A DNA stretch of 63,899 nt, counting the filler, from Octopus bimaculoides (lineage: Eukaryota): the NCBI RefSeq assembly GCF_001194135.2. It is 4 parts of 4 records of this genome, joined end to end, with 100 filler letters (N's around TTAATTAATTAA, not from the genome) between each part and the next. Parts side by side here need not be neighbours in the genome. Positions count along the whole stretch, not along the records: positions 22,133 to 51,324 come from NC_068996.1; 3 more parts are not named here. One strand, given 5' to 3'. The position numbers were made by a program, and so were the translations under genes. Positions 28,102-41,789 of the stretch are shown here, one piece after another. Position 1 is the stretch's first letter. Every line of letters begins with the position of its first letter. The notes beneath the pieces were generated by a model. The model did no database searches, was not told where the DNA came from, and was given only the letters and a program-made list of their open reading frames with translations.

Positions 28102-29051
28102 NNNNNNNNNNNNNNNNNNNNNNNNNNNNNNNNNNNNNNNNNNNNNNNNNNNNNNNNNNNNNNNNNNNNNNNNNNNNNNNNNNNNNNNNNNNNNNNNNNN
28201 NNNNNNNNNNNNNNNNNNNNNNNNNNNNNNNNNNNNNNNNNNNNNNNNNNNNNNNNNNNNNNNNNNNNNNNNNNNNNNNNNNNNNNNNNNNNNNNNNNNN
28301 NNNNNNNNNNNNNNNNNNNNNNNNNNNNNNNNNNNNNNNNNNNNNNNNNNNNNNNNNNNNNNNNNNNNNNNNNNNNNNNNNNNNNNNNNNNNNNNNNNNN
28401 NNNNNNNNNNNNNNNNNNNNNNNNNNNNNNNNNNNNNNNNNNNNNNNNNNNNNNNNNNNNNNNNNNNNNNNNNNNNNNNNNNNNNNNNNNNNNNNNNNNN
28501 NNNNNNNNNNNNNNNNNNNNNNNNNNNNNNNNNNNNNNNNNNNNNNNNNNNNNNNNNNNNNNNNNNNNNNNNNNNNNNNNNNNNNNNNNNNNNNNNNNNN
28601 NNNNNNNNNNNNNNNNNNNNNNNNNNNNNNNNNNNNNNNNNNNNNNNNNNNNNNNNNNNNNNNNNNNNNNNNNNNNNNNNNNNNNNNNNNNNNNNNNNNN
28701 NNNNNNNNNNNNNNNNNNNNNNNNNNNNNNNNNNNNNNNNNNNNNNTATATATATATATATATCCTTGCACACTCGCACATGCACACACACACGCACACA
28801 CACACACGCACACACACGCACACACACATACACACGGGCGTGCCCATCACAAACACACACTCGCAGAGAGAAACATCCTTGTATCCCCTTATTACGACAT
28901 ATATGCGAACACACGTACTACATATTTATATGGAGACAAATGTATGTGCGCGCGCCTGTGTATGCGTCTGGGAATGTCTGTGTGTCTATGCGTGCGCGTG
29001 TGTGTGAGTGTGTGTGCGCCTTGTGCGTATGTAAGCGTAGGGTATGGAATT

Positions 29052-29200
29052 AGCGCAATCGCTAGAGCGTTGGATTAAATGCATTGTAGTATTTGCCTCG
29101 GTTCTCTGCACTGTAAGTTCAAATCCGTTCAAGGTCAGCTTTGCTTTTTATCCTTTCATGGTTGATAAATAGAGTACCGGACAAGTAACGAGAACGATTC
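29052..29200 (+). mobile_element. SINE family B, diverged
   Basis: aagttcaaatcc (B box) followed by ggtcagctttgctttttatcctttcatggttgataaatagagtacc. Confidence 0.6.
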
Positions 29201-29502
29201 TTATCTCTCTATCTATCTATCTATCTTTCTCTCTCTCCCTCCCTCCTTTTCTCTCTCTTTTATATTTCTCTCTTTCTGTCTCTCTTTCTTACTCACTTTT
29301 TCTCTGCACATGCGTGTGTGTTCGTGTGCGTGTGTGTGTATGTTCGTGTGTGTGTGTAGGGGGGATTATATCTGTAATTCAATCTCCATCTCTGTGACAT
29401 TTTGCCACTCTGATTCGGTCACTTAACATGTTAATTTCACAAGTATAGACTCACTCGATCATACAAGCGGATGCTCGTCTTTGAAGCAGGCGTACAACCC
29501 AC

Positions 29503-29536
<34 letters not shown>

Positions 29537-29546
29537 NNNNNNNNNN

Positions 29547-29586
<40 letters not shown>

Positions 29587-29619
29587 ATGTATATGAGAGT
29601 GTCTGTACTTATTGATAAA

Positions 29620-30128
29620 ATATAAGTTGAATTATTATTATTATTGTTGTTGTTGTTGTTATTTATTATCATCATCATTATTATTATTATCATCATCATC
29701 ATCATCATCATCACCACCATCATCATCATCATTATTATTATTAGTTAAGACGTTGCAGATTATCCAGTATCGTGATGTTGATTGAAGATTTTGTGTGTAC
29801 CGGGGGTTTGCACTGTCTCTCAAGTCAACACAAGGATCTCAGACAGACAGTATTTTACGTCATATGCATGTAGTTCCAAGTAATGCCGATTTTGGGAATG
29901 CACCTGGATTGTAGGATATTTCTAAAGTTTCCAAATGTTTTTTTTTTCATGTTAGGTGGTATTGAACCCAATGCTCCAATGACTATAGAGACAAACTTTA
30001 TGTTCGACTCTCGTAGCTGCCATATCTTAGCGATTTCAATTCTCAGGTCTCCATATTTATCAATCTTTTCTCTTTCTTTCATGATAATATATTGATCTCC
30101 TGGTACTGCCACGTCGAATGTATCTCAA
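29620..30128 (-). mobile_element. R4/Dong-like non-LTR retrotransposon 3' fragment (REL endonuclease, 3' UTR, TAA-type tail)
   Basis: DVAVPGDQYIIMKEREKIDKYGDLRIEIAKIW...IVIGALGSIP; 3' UTR matches 44930-45040; ends in (TAA)/(TGA)/(CAA) repeats. Confidence 0.85.
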
Positions 30129-30129
30129 A

Positions 30130-30348
30130 GGCAACGAGTTAACAGAATCGTTAGCATGCCGGACGAAAAGTTTCGTTGTATTTCGTCCGTCTTTATATTT
30201 TGAGTACAAACTCGACCGAGATTGACTTTGCTTTTCATTCTTTCGCAGGTTCGATAAGTAAGTACCAGTTGAGCACTGAAGTCCATGTAATTGATTATTC
30301 TCCTCCCACAAAATTTCAAACCTTGTGGTGCCCATAGCAGAAATGATT
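30130..30348 (+). mobile_element. SINE family B
   Basis: tRNA-like head plus central tgactttgcttttcattctttcgcaggttcgataagtaagtaccag module. Confidence 0.8.
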
Positions 30349-30599
30349 GTTTATGCGCATCTCCGACCAACATGCTGGAAGTAAAAACGCCTTTCCTTTC
30401 AAAGCCCAAGATCTACCAAGACTATTATCGCCACTACACTTCTCGGGTCATTTGACCAATATTTAATTAAGGCTGTTCACTTCATTCCCATTTACTACAT
30501 CTATTATCAGCGAAGACTCTTATTTCCAACACCTCAAAATTCATACAAATAGTTGTTAAACACCTTCATTCTTACTCTTCAATAGTACCAATGCAATTA

Positions 30600-30815
30600 A
30601 AGCGGCGAACTGGAAGAATCATTAGCGTGCGAGCAAAATACTTACAGGTATTTCTTCTGTCTTTACGTTCTGAGTTCAAATTCCGCCAAAGTCGATTTTA
30701 CCTTTCATCCTTTCGGGGTCGATAAAATAAGTTTCAGTCGAGCACTAGAGTCGATGTAAAGATTTACCCATTCTCCCGAACTTGCTGGCCTTGTGCCAAA
30801 ATTTGAAACCAATAT
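30600..30815 (+). mobile_element. SINE family B
   Basis: gcggcgaactgg...gagttcaaattccgcc...cctttcatcctttcggggtcgataaaataag. Confidence 0.85.
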
Positions 30816-30859
30816 GTCCAGTACAGTTTTATGACTGCTCTCCAAGTCCTTCACCCTTG

Positions 30860-31170
30860 AGAGATTCAGGAGAATAACATCGATGTATTTCACATTAGCA
30901 AGATATTTTTAGGTAGGGCACGAAAACCCGGCTAAACTATTCACCGATAGAGTCCATCTGCCCCAGACCCTTGAGCTACTTGTCAGACCGCACCTTCGAA
31001 ATATATACACAAACACAACTCTTTCTCACCCTGTCAACTCTGGTGTACCTAAAACTCAGGTATGTCACCCACACTTTTCGTCTTGAATATTAACAAACTG
31101 ATTGTCATCATCTTTAACCACTCTTTTATCTATGCTGATGTTACTCTTCCCACTTCTGAACTTGTCGAAT
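30860..31170 (+). mobile_element. Degenerate LINE RT fragment (CR1/L2/Jockey-like)
   Basis: VNSGVP, then after a frameshift SPTLFVLNINKL...FIYADVTL (remnants of the GVPQGS and YADD motifs). Confidence 0.6.
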
Positions 31171-32698
31171 ATAAGCATCGCAAACACAGCTTAAACAATT
31201 CACATCAAACTTGAACTACCGCCATGAAAAATAACCTCAAAATTTATTCTCCATTGAGGATAATGACAAACGTGTCTACTTCAACAATACAAAGAAACAG
31301 TCACTGCGTACACAAAGGAAAACTAATCATCTATCGTTCTCTCAATAACCAAGAACATATAATTAACTTCCATCACATACACACAATCTCCTTCCTTCGT
31401 CACTAACTTGTGCCATTCACAAACAACTTTGTCCACTCTGTTAACCAGCATTTTTTTTTTTATCTTTCCAACAAGTATCTAGCTAAAAATGTTCCCATGA
31501 AATATTATCTACATCAGTCTTACCAATCTCGAAGTTTTTGCGAAGGTTGCTTTCTCACTCAGTCCCTTCCACTTACTGAAAGCTCTGGGGATAAAATGTT
31601 GAGTTCTTGTTAAGTTAAATAAGCAGAAAACAAATAATTATGCGTACGGTGAACAGCAAGAATCAAAATGATAACATGTTCATGCTTAATACGGTGAATA
31701 CGTAAATTGTTGTTGTTTCGTCATAAAAGAATAAATTCTCTTTTCAAACAAATATTTGTTCATAATGCACTCAGTTCATTTGTGTAAGAGGTCTCTAATA
31801 AACTAGGTGTTTCAACATCACTGGGTCTCGTCAGTCAAAGTTAACCTGGACTAATAAATCTAACAAGAGTTTGTTACACTTAGTTTTAATGCCGCAAATG
31901 ATAGGTGACATGCGTTTACATAAAGACATTTTCACAGAGAATATTAGTAAATTGCTGTTGTTCTGTCACCGTTGTTACCGCCACTGTTGTGGATTTTATC
32001 ATATTTTTGCCGTTAAACTTTTAGTTGGCGTCTTATTGGTGCCCGTTGGTATATTTTGATGTTTTCCGATTTTTTTGATTTTTTTACATTGAAGATTTGT
32101 GCAGATTTTACTTTTTTCTTTGTTTGTAATTTTGTTTTAAGGATTAACTTAATCGTTATCAACATTACACTAGCGGTTCTCTTCGACAGTCCCAGGCAAA
32201 TAAATGTGAGAATAATGAAAAATATTGCAGCGTCTAAGAAGGAAAGGCGGGAAAAGAAGTTAGAAAATTTCAGTTTCAAATTTAATATTGTGTTCGAGTT
32301 AGAGGATCGTGTTTGTGTTGTCACAAGGCAAAAACAACAGTAGCAGCAGCAGCAGCAGCAACAACAGCAACAACAACAATAATAATAATAGTAATGGTGA
32401 TGATAATAATAAATGTTGTATTGTTAAAAGTGTAGATTTTCAGTGATGATTCCGTGTTATATGTAACTAATTACATACCACTCTGGAGCTCCATCAAAGT
32501 AGAGTTATGTTGACGTGATGGCATATCTTACTAGACCACCAGTTGATTCGGTTAGATAGAAACCATATTGAATTTCGTTAAGAGACAATGACTTGTTCAT
32601 AGCATTATCCATTAATCTGGTAATGTTTCACAACCGAGAGGTTGCCGATGTCTCATTTCAGGGTGTGGTGACAGCAAAACATCGACAGCGTTGGCCAT

Positions 32699-32700
<2 letters not shown>

Positions 32701-32736
<36 letters not shown>

Positions 32737-32744
32737 ATGTTTGC

Positions 32745-32797
<53 letters not shown>
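32701..32797. repeat. Inverted microsatellite pair (CTA)12 - spacer - (TAG)n
   Basis: The two runs are reverse complements separated by 8 nt. Confidence 0.9.
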
Positions 32798-34314
32798 TCA
32801 TGTTATGAAGTTAAAGGGTGGAATCGGTTTGATCTTGCAAGACTTGTTGGGTAGTGCTAGAATCGGCAGGTCACCAAAATAGAGATTTTTATTGTCAAAA
32901 TAAGATTTATTTCATGTAAAGCAAAAGGAAGGTTAGGAGAGGGGACGATAGTGGAAGTTTTAGATTCTTGGAGAAAGAAACTCAAGAAAAGATTTCAAAA
33001 TTAAAATAGTATAATTCAAATAGATAAAATTGAAGAAGAGAAACCAATTGTCCGGACGACAAATATCAGTGCAGATAGAAAAGTGTGGTTTTATAGTTTT
33101 TAAGTGTATACTTAAATTTATTTGCAAGAACGTTTCAACGCGTGCATGTGTTTCTAAGAGAGAGAAAGGGGGTGAAGAAAGAAGAAGAAGAAAAGCGATA
33201 GAGAAGACGTTTGTGTGTGTATGTGAATGCACGTGTCTGTGTGTATATGTGTGTGATAAATTATCTCTGATATTTACAGTCTTTGTACATTGCGTAGAAT
33301 ATTACTCGCCAGCAAACTAAATCTAATTTCCTTGTAAGAGCACATGTGATGACGCCGGTAGGTATTCGGAGAAACAATATTCGTGATATGCACGATAATG
33401 GAGGACGATGAATTGGTAACGACAGAGTGAACTACTAGTCAAATATCATGTAAATAAAGTCTTTTGAAAGCCTTATCTCATGTCCGGCAAAGATTTATTA
33501 CATGTCCTGCAAGTAATTCAAGCAGACACGGCCAACATTATCTCGTGGTCAGCGCACGAAATAGAGTTTTCGTTTTGTGTAACTTGATAAAGAATGAACC
33601 ATCTCGTGTCTCATTACTTTAAATATCGCAGTATTATTCGACCATACACTATTCTAAGAATATTGAGCGATTTTTAAAAACTAGTCTTTTTAAAAACTAG
33701 TCTGCTTAGCTCGAAGAAGAGATGTGATTGAAGTGTAATTAAACGAAAAGATTTTTGACCTAAGTAAAACCCAGAAAACAATAATTCTTTTTTATATACA
33801 GTTTCCCTCATCAGACAAGAAAACCAGTAGAGAAAACGCGTAATTCAATTCTTTCTTTTCTGTCTTAATTCCAGATTCCTATTTGCTACGTTACCGGAAG
33901 TTTTACACGAAAGCTTTATTCTGAGAACTTCGCTAATATTTTACCTGCAAAATGAAAAGGTCGTACAAAATAAAAACCATAAACTCTTGAGCTCATTGCA
34001 TGTTGTTACTAATGCCCTACAACNNNNNNNNNNNNNNNNNNNNNNNNNNNNNNNNNNNNNNNNNNNNNNNNNNNNNNNNNNNNNNNNNNNNNNNNNNNNN
34101 NNNNNNNNNNNNNNNNNNNNNNNNNNNNNNNNNNNNNNNNNNNNNNNNNNNNNNNNNNNNNNNNNNNNNNNNNNNNNNNNNNNNNNNNNNNNNNNNNNNN
34201 NNNNNNNNNNNNNNNNNNNNNNNNNNNNNNNNNNNNNNNNNNNNNNNNNNNNNNNNNNNNNNNNNNNNGTGTGTAAAAAGACTGGTACACAAAAGTAGGC
34301 ATAAGGAGTGTATT

Positions 34315-34795
34315 TATCAGGTCATCCCATAAGTTCTGTCCGATTTTACCTTTTCTAAAATTGAATGAAATTTAATAGTATCTTGGAATGTCTAATGGAA
34401 TAAAAATATATTTTTATGCATTTGTGTACATTTAAACTAATTAAATATTAGTTTACAGAATAATAGAATTAAAATTTATTTGATTAAAATCCTTTCAAAC
34501 ATGGAAGTATCCAAAGAGCATTTAAGGTACATAATTGCTTTATGAGTACAAAAAGGAAACTCTGAAGCCGAAGCGACTCGAAACATACATTCAGTTTATG
34601 GGAAAGAATGCTTGAATGAAAGAACTTGCAGAAGATGGTTTGCAAAATTCAGAAGTGGAGATTTTAGCCTTGAAAATGAAGATCGAACATGACGTCCAGT
34701 TGAGTTTGATGATAAGCTCTTTGAGGCATTACTCGAAGAAAATCCTGCATTATCAGTTGAAGAATTGGCAATAAAACTTAAATCATCGTCATCTT
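34315..34795 (+). mobile_element. Mariner element 5' half (TIR + N-terminal HTH of transposase)
   Basis: TA+TCAGGTCATCCCATAAGTTCTGTCCG TIR-like start. From ATG 34501: MEVSKEHLR...[45 protein letters not shown]...LLEENP..SVEELA (Mos1/SETMAR-type HTH). Confidence 0.9.
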
Positions 34796-34803
34796 CAACA
34801 ATT

Positions 34804-34943
<140 letters not shown>

Positions 34944-35756
34944 TACAGGGTGCGTTGGGTAAATAGTACTCGTGTTATATTTTTAACTTCGTGCATGCGC
35001 ATTTATCTTTAATTTTGTCACCTACACAGTATAGTAGGATCAGTCGAGCACCATCTTTGAGAAAAATAGCACCATGACGCAATTAACTCTACCAGAAATT
35101 TGGAAACGACTTGTATTACTTGGCATTCGCGCCGGAAGCTCTAACACGAACATTTCAGAGTGTTTGGGTGTCACTCTGAGGACAGTGCAGTCTGAGGACA
35201 TGTATCGAGAGTGATAAAAATCAAACATCGAGTCAACATCATGGTGTTTGCCTCCATTCATCTTCAACACGGAGGCCTACATCAAGTGCCTGGAGGAGGT
35301 AGTGTTGTCCTGAGTCAAGAGGATGGCTGCTAGAGGACCCTATGTCACACAAGCAGGAGAACCCAGTCATAGCTGTCACAATTTCTGCAACCACATCACC
35401 CCTAACATCTGGCCACCTAACTCCCCAGCCCAGACTGCAACTCCCTTGATTATTATGTGTGGGGCGTAGTTGAGTGAGACCAACAAAACTTCTTGTAGCA
35501 CCAAAGGGGAACTGAAGGCAAGGATTATGGCAGGATTCACCAACTTAAACACGGAGACTGTCCAGAAGAGTTGCAGGAGATTCTGAAGTTGTCTGGAGGC
35601 CGTGGTTGAAGCCAATGGCGATTTTATTGAATAAATTTACTTTTTACTCTTTCAAGATATTTTTATGTAATTTTGGTAAATATATCTGTTAAAATGAGAT
35701 GTCAGTGTTATCATTTTTGCGTAATTTAGATGACAATATATTCACTGGAACCTGTA
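34944..35756 (+). mobile_element. Internally deleted maT (DD37D-like) Tc1/mariner-superfamily element
   Basis: TA at both ends; degenerate TIRs (TACAGGGTGCGTTGGG / rc TACAGGTTCCAGTGAA, about 18/28 identical); transposase remnants IWPPNSP..CNSLDYYVWGVVE and LEAVVEANGDFIE*. Confidence 0.8.
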
Positions 35757-36204
35757 TACATGTAGATATATATGTATGTGTGTGTGTGCGCGTGTGTGTG
35801 AGTGTGTGCGCGTGCGTGTGTGCGTGTGTGTATTCTTATACATGTACATATACTTATATGTGAGTATTATTCTCTTAATTAGAATGTTCCACTTTAGTCT
35901 ACGCAGACTTCCGGTTTTCTTCTCAAATTACTGACGTTATTATAGCCGAAATCGATCCCATGACGCTTCATTTAAAAGATTTTGTTCGGTTTCACAGACT
36001 GTTTTAATACCATTTCAATTTAGTTTTATTTTTCAGCGTTTTCAATTAAATCCAGTTAATATTTCACTGTTTCTTTGTTTTTTTAACTTATGATTCATGC
36101 AAGTTCCTCTCTAAATATTTCCACGAAAATTTCTTACAGCTTAAATCAAATAACACTGCTACTGTTCGAAAAGAGTTCTGTCTCAACGCTAAACATACAT
36201 ATAT

Positions 36205-36290
36205 ATATACAAACATACATACATACATACATACATACATACATACATACATACATACATACATACATACATACATACATACATTCATAC
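36205..36290. repeat. (TACA)n microsatellite
   Basis: Tetranucleotide run. Confidence 0.95.
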
Positions 36291-36304
36291 ATAGGGCAAA
36301 GGTA

Positions 36305-36580
36305 TGTACCATCATAGAGGTCAGCTGTTCCTGCAGATTTAAATATCCCTTTGAAAATCAAAGAAGAAGAGGATATCTATGGACAACTGCTTCGAAACCT
36401 CCAGCTTCTCTATCCAGACTATGAATTCATATTCATGCCAATAATAATTGGAGCACTAGGTTTGGTTAGTAAATGCTTAAAGGAGAATCTGGATAAACTG
36501 GGATTTTCAGAAAGAGAAATTTGTACAAGTGCAATCTGTGAAGGGAACAGTAAAAATATGCAAGACTTTTCTCAAGTTCC
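36305..36580 (+). mobile_element. REL-endonuclease non-LTR retrotransposon C-terminal fragment (R2/R4-like, distinct subfamily)
   Basis: TIIEVSCPADLNIPLKIKEEEDIYGQLLRNLQLLYPDYEFIFMPIIIGALG. Confidence 0.75.
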
Positions 36581-37302
36581 AAATGTGAATTTGTCTGTGT
36601 TAACTACAACCCAAAGGTGGAGACTTGTATCTTTGTTGGAAACCGGCTCCCTCCTCAGTGAATGATTTATAATAATCAAAAAATAGAAGAGACACATACA
36701 TATGCATATGCATCTATTGTTCATATAAGGATTTGTGAACTTTTGAGAGAATGTAAAATAATTCTTTTAAAAAGATTTGATCTTGAAGGATAGCTTTCGA
36801 ATTTTTCTATCCAATAAGTTCTTTCAGCCCAATATATCCATGCTATTATTTNNNNNNNNNNNNNNNNNNNNNNNNNNNNNNNNNNNNNNNNNNNNNNNNN
36901 NNNNNNNNNNNNNNNNNNNNNNNNNNNNNNNNNNNNNNNNNNNNNNNNNNNNNNCTTTTGATAGTGTCATAGGGATGTTGTCTTGACATGCTGCGTATCT
37001 TGGTCGTTTTTAAATTTGGCGAAACCCCTCTCCCTGCATGCCTGGATTTAGTCAAAACTTTAAAACAGAAACTCTGACAGAGGAAGAATCGTTTCCAGTG
37101 GTGAACTGGTATTTATCACTTCTAAAAGAAGGGAAAGTAAAGTTACTTTCGGCAGGGTCTAAGCTCTGTGGAAGCTGAAAAGCACGAACAGATGCCGCAT
37201 GGCATTCTATCCAAGCGTTCTAATGACGCGGCCAAACCGCTATTTATATATATTTTGTGTGTATGTATACGTGCGTGCGTGCATTACTATATATGTATGT
37301 AA

Positions 37303-37502
37303 GGCGGCGAGTCGTGAGAACTATTAGCACGCTGGACAAAATGCTAAGTGACGTTTCGTCTGTCAATATGATTTGAGTTCAAATTCCATCGAGGTCGACT
37401 TTGCCTGTCATCTTTTCGGGGTCGATAAAACAAGTACTACTTGAGCACTGGTATTGATGTAGGCAACTTCTTCCCTCCGTCACCAAATTTCAGGCTTTAT
37501 GC
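37303..37502 (+). mobile_element. SINE family B
   Basis: ggcggcgag head, gagttcaaattcc B box, gtcgactttgcctgtcatcttttcggggtcgataaaacaagtac. Confidence 0.85.
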
Positions 37503-38659
37503 AGGGTTAGATGTCCTATTATGAGCATCCCTCTTATGTGTTTAAATGTACACTGTATGTATTCATATGAATAATATATAGTCTATTGACTATTTTTTTT
37601 TCTTCTCGCTAGACCACTGGTAGCAAATAGAATGTCTAAATTATTTTGCTACCCTGAGATTTATTTATATATATATATATATATATATNNNNNNNNNNNN
37701 NNNNNNNNNNNNNNNNNNNNNNNNNNNNNNNNNNNNNNNNNNNNNNNNNNNNNNNNNNNNNNNNNNNNNNNNNNNNNNNNNNNNNNNNNNNNNNNNNNNN
37801 NNNNNNNNNNNNNNNNNNNNNNNNNNNNNNNNNNNNNNNNNNNNNNNNNNNNNNNNNNNNNNNNNNNNNNNNNNNNNNNNNNNNNNNNNNNNNNNNNNNN
37901 NNNNNNNNNNNNNNNNNNNNNNNNNNNNNNNNNNNNNNNNNNNNNNNNNNNNNNNNNNNNNNNNNNNNNNNNNNNNNNNNNNNNNNNNNNNNNNNNNNNN
38001 NNNNNNNNNNNNNNNNNNNNNNNNNNNNNNNNNNNNNNNNNNNNNNNNNNNNNNNNNNNNNNNNNNNNNNNNNNNNNNNNNNNNNNNNNNNNNNNNNNNN
38101 NNNNNNNNNNNNNNNNNNNNNNNNNNNNNNNNNNNNNNNNNNNNNNNNNNNNNNNNNNNNNNNNNNNNNNNNNNNNNNNNNNNNNNNNNNNNNNNNNNNN
38201 NNNNNNNNNNNNNNNNNNNNNNNNNNNNNNNNNNNNNNNNNNNNNNNNNNNNNNNNNNNNNNNNNNNNNNNNNNNNNNNNNNNNNNNNNNNNNNNNNNNN
38301 NNNNNNNNNNNNNNNNNNNNNNNNNNNNNNNNNNNNNNNNNNNNNNNNNNNNNNNNNNNNNNNNNNNNNNNNNNNNNNNNNNNNNNNNNNNNNNNNNNNN
38401 NNNNNNNNNNNNNNNNNNNNNNNNNNNNNNNNNNNNNNNNNNNNNNNNNNNNNNNNNNNNNNNNNNNNNNNNNNNNNNNNNNNNNNNNNNNNNNNNNNNN
38501 NNNNNNNNNNNNNNNNNNNNNNNNNNNNNNNNNNNNNNNNNNNNNNNNNNNNNNNNNNNNNNNNNNNNNNNNNNNNNNNNNNNNNNNNNNNNNNNNNNNN
38601 NTATATATATACATATATATATATATGTATGGTTGTTATACTTTTTGATAACATTATAG

Positions 38660-38890
38660 TTTAGATAGGATGATGTCTTTCAAATGTGTTACATTGCAGG
38701 GTTTTTTCTCTTCAACCTTCCTTTTCAAAACACCTCACAGATGTTCTATTGGGTTTAAATCAGGTGACATGGTAGGCCAAGGCAATACCTTTACCTTTTT
38801 ATCTGATAAGTCGTCATCTTTGAAGTGCGTTTAGGATCTTTATCAGGTTGGAACATGTAATGCCTTATTAGTTCCTTGATGCTATAACTT
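38660..38890 (-). mobile_element. Tc1 (DD34E-type) transposase catalytic fragment
   Basis: MFQPDKDPKRTSK...KVLPWPTMSPDLNPIEHL*GVLKRKVE. Confidence 0.85.
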
Positions 38891-39453
38891 CTGCAAAACA
38901 CACGTATACATACACACAAAAGTTGTACACATACACACATACGATCCCATGCACACACACACACAGGATCACATATTCTTATGCTCGCCGATACATACAT
39001 ACACACACGATTGCCCTCCTCCCACTTCCCCACACACACCCTGGACATACACGTACGTGCTTGCGCGCCCCTGTTTACGCGGGTCACTTTTATCTCTCCT
39101 TCCATTGGTCTTTCCTTCTGGTCATTCCAACATATGGAACAATTTACCCCAACATGCTTCTCTCTCTCTCTCTATCTCTCTCTCCCTCTCTCTCTCTCTC
39201 TATCTCTCTCTCCCTCTCTCTATCTCTCTATCTCTCTCTCTCTCTCTCTCTTTGTGTTTTTCATTCTCTCTCCATTTTTTCTCATTCCTTTCTGTGGAAG
39301 AGCGTAGGCTTAAAACGTCGAAGACTTTTCCATTTCCCGAGCGTCAAACTAATATACCTGCTTCTTGTTCCCTCACCTGTCTCTGTCTTTTGTTATTTGT
39401 GCATTTGAACCATATGTGCGTGTGTTTGTGTGAATGTGTGTGCGCGTGTTTGC

Positions 39454-39503
<50 letters not shown>

Positions 39504-39733
39504 ATATATATAAATATATAACCACATGTGAATCGTTGGCGATTTTTTTCCTCCGTCTTTCTTTTCTCTCGGACTTTCCTCTATCTTTTGTTTCTGAAGA
39601 AGAGCTTTGCTCGAAACATAAAACATCCTTTCTTTCCTTCCCTGAACATTTGTTATTCCCTGAACGTTTGCATGTACAACGTCCTCGCATTATTGTTTTT
39701 TTTCTTGTGTTTGTTCTTCGTTTTTTGTGGATT

Positions 39734-39777
<44 letters not shown>

Positions 39778-41789
39778 ATGTTCAAGCGAAGGTAAGGTAA
39801 TAGCTCAGAGAAACCAATAATATATATTTGGTTAAAGGTTAATGCATTGGATGTCGTACGCATTGCACTATTAATTTTTGTAAAATTCCATCTAAGTTGA
39901 AGAGATATAACGAAAACACAACGGTAACGGTTTATAATTCCCGAAGATAAAGGGAGATAATTCCTAGAGTATAATACATTTCTCGAATTGATTAACATGC
40001 TGGAGGAAAGGTAGTTTAATCTTTGTCTACACTCAAGAGATAACTGAAAACATGTTTTGGTCTCATTCACCTCGTCAGTATAATACAATCTATTCAATGA
40101 GTTGTAGGTTTACAACTCATTGAATAGATTTTTTTTTATTTACAGAAATAAGTTACGAATATTTTAGGCTAAGACTAATTTGCCAAATTAAAAATGTAAA
40201 GAGCCAATGGGAACTACAGGAAAGGCTCTGTGACTTAACTTTAGATCGTTAAGTTAAAGGCTGTTGTACCGAATACCGTTCATTATAAATTCTTCGTTGA
40301 AATATCTTTCTGAGTAGACAGATACTGAAAACATCATGGCGATTGTTAGCGACTTATAATGAAGGGCAGGTAATTTCAAGTGATTAAGAATAAAATTTTC
40401 AAGTTAATTTCCATAATTACGGGAGTGGCAGTCTTTTACTTTATTTTATATTGCTATTTTTTTAAGGCAAGTGGACAACTATAGACATACGTTTCGACCT
40501 GTTTTAAAACGTTAGGGTTACTCTTCGAGAAAACTTTGCTGCTATTTCTAGTAAGTCCAGTTAGCTACACATAGACTCTTTGGTATGTTTGAGGTATATT
40601 TAGTAATGTCTCAGGGCGTTGTATCTATAATTGCTTCTTCTGTGTCTCCAGAGTGGGATGGAGATGATATGAAACTGAAACCATGTCTAACAACGCAATC
40701 CTAACAAATTCTGAAGTTAAACGTTCTGATATAGCCTTCTTTCGTAAGGATAACATAGTTTCTTTGAACAACCACCACGAAAATGCCATGAAATCCCTTT
40801 TTTTATATATATATTCTTGCTTTTCGTCCTCTTTTTTTCTTTTTTGATCATGTGACTTGCTATCCTTCACACATCATACTGCTATGTTATCCCATACCAG
40901 AATCTTATTTGAAACTGAAAAATACAGCTTAAATAAACTCCCAGAAAGTACATCTAAATAAAACATGTCTTGTAAATTCTTCAGCTCGATAAAGATAGTA
41001 ACAGAAAGAAACTGTCCCCAACGTTAGCACCGGCAGATTTCACCACCATCTTTGATATTAATCTCCAAAAGAAAACAAAACAAAACAAATAGAGGGTGGG
41101 GGAAGAAAAGAAGAATAAATACCCCAATTCAGGGTTGATCAACAAAACCATTCTTTATTTCTTTGCGACTCTTTTGTTTGTTTTTGTTTTATTTCCACTA
41201 TGGGGACAGGGTGTATGCTAATTTCAAATTTAAAACCAACAATAACTTCCTAAATTCAATAAGAAAGTAAAAATAAAATATAATAGTAATAATAAAATAA
41301 AATGTAATGAAACAATAAAAATAAAATAAAAACATACTGTGGCATTTTTTCGTCGCGTTGTTTATATGTTTCTTTCACTCACGACTAAAGTTACATAGAA
41401 TCGCATAGCAACTCGGGAGGGAGAGAGAGAGAGAGAGGGAGAGAGAAAGAGGGAGAGAGAGAGAAAGAGAGAGAAAGGGAGTGAGAGAGAGTGAGAGAAA
41501 CACTTGTGTATGCGTGTGGCTATGTGTGCACGAACAGTGAAAATGTGTATGCGTTTGTATATGTCTGTAAGTGAGCATGCATCAGTTTGTGTATGAGCGT
41601 GAGAAGTGTACGTATGCATTTGTGTGTATGTGTCTGTTTATTCGTGAACGTGTGTGTGTGCGTGCGTCTACAGACAAGAACATCGTCTATTTTAAGCATA
41701 GTGAACGTTAAATATCCTTTCTTTTCCACCAGAGTGTTTCTGCACCGTCTTCCATTATATCCTCAATACATGCTTCAGCAATTATAAAA

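Noticed and set aside
33340-33720. Unique-looking segment with a 16-nt tandem duplication (ttttaaaaactagtct x2)
   Set aside because: No ORF, structure or second copy; could be regulatory but nothing in the sequence supports it
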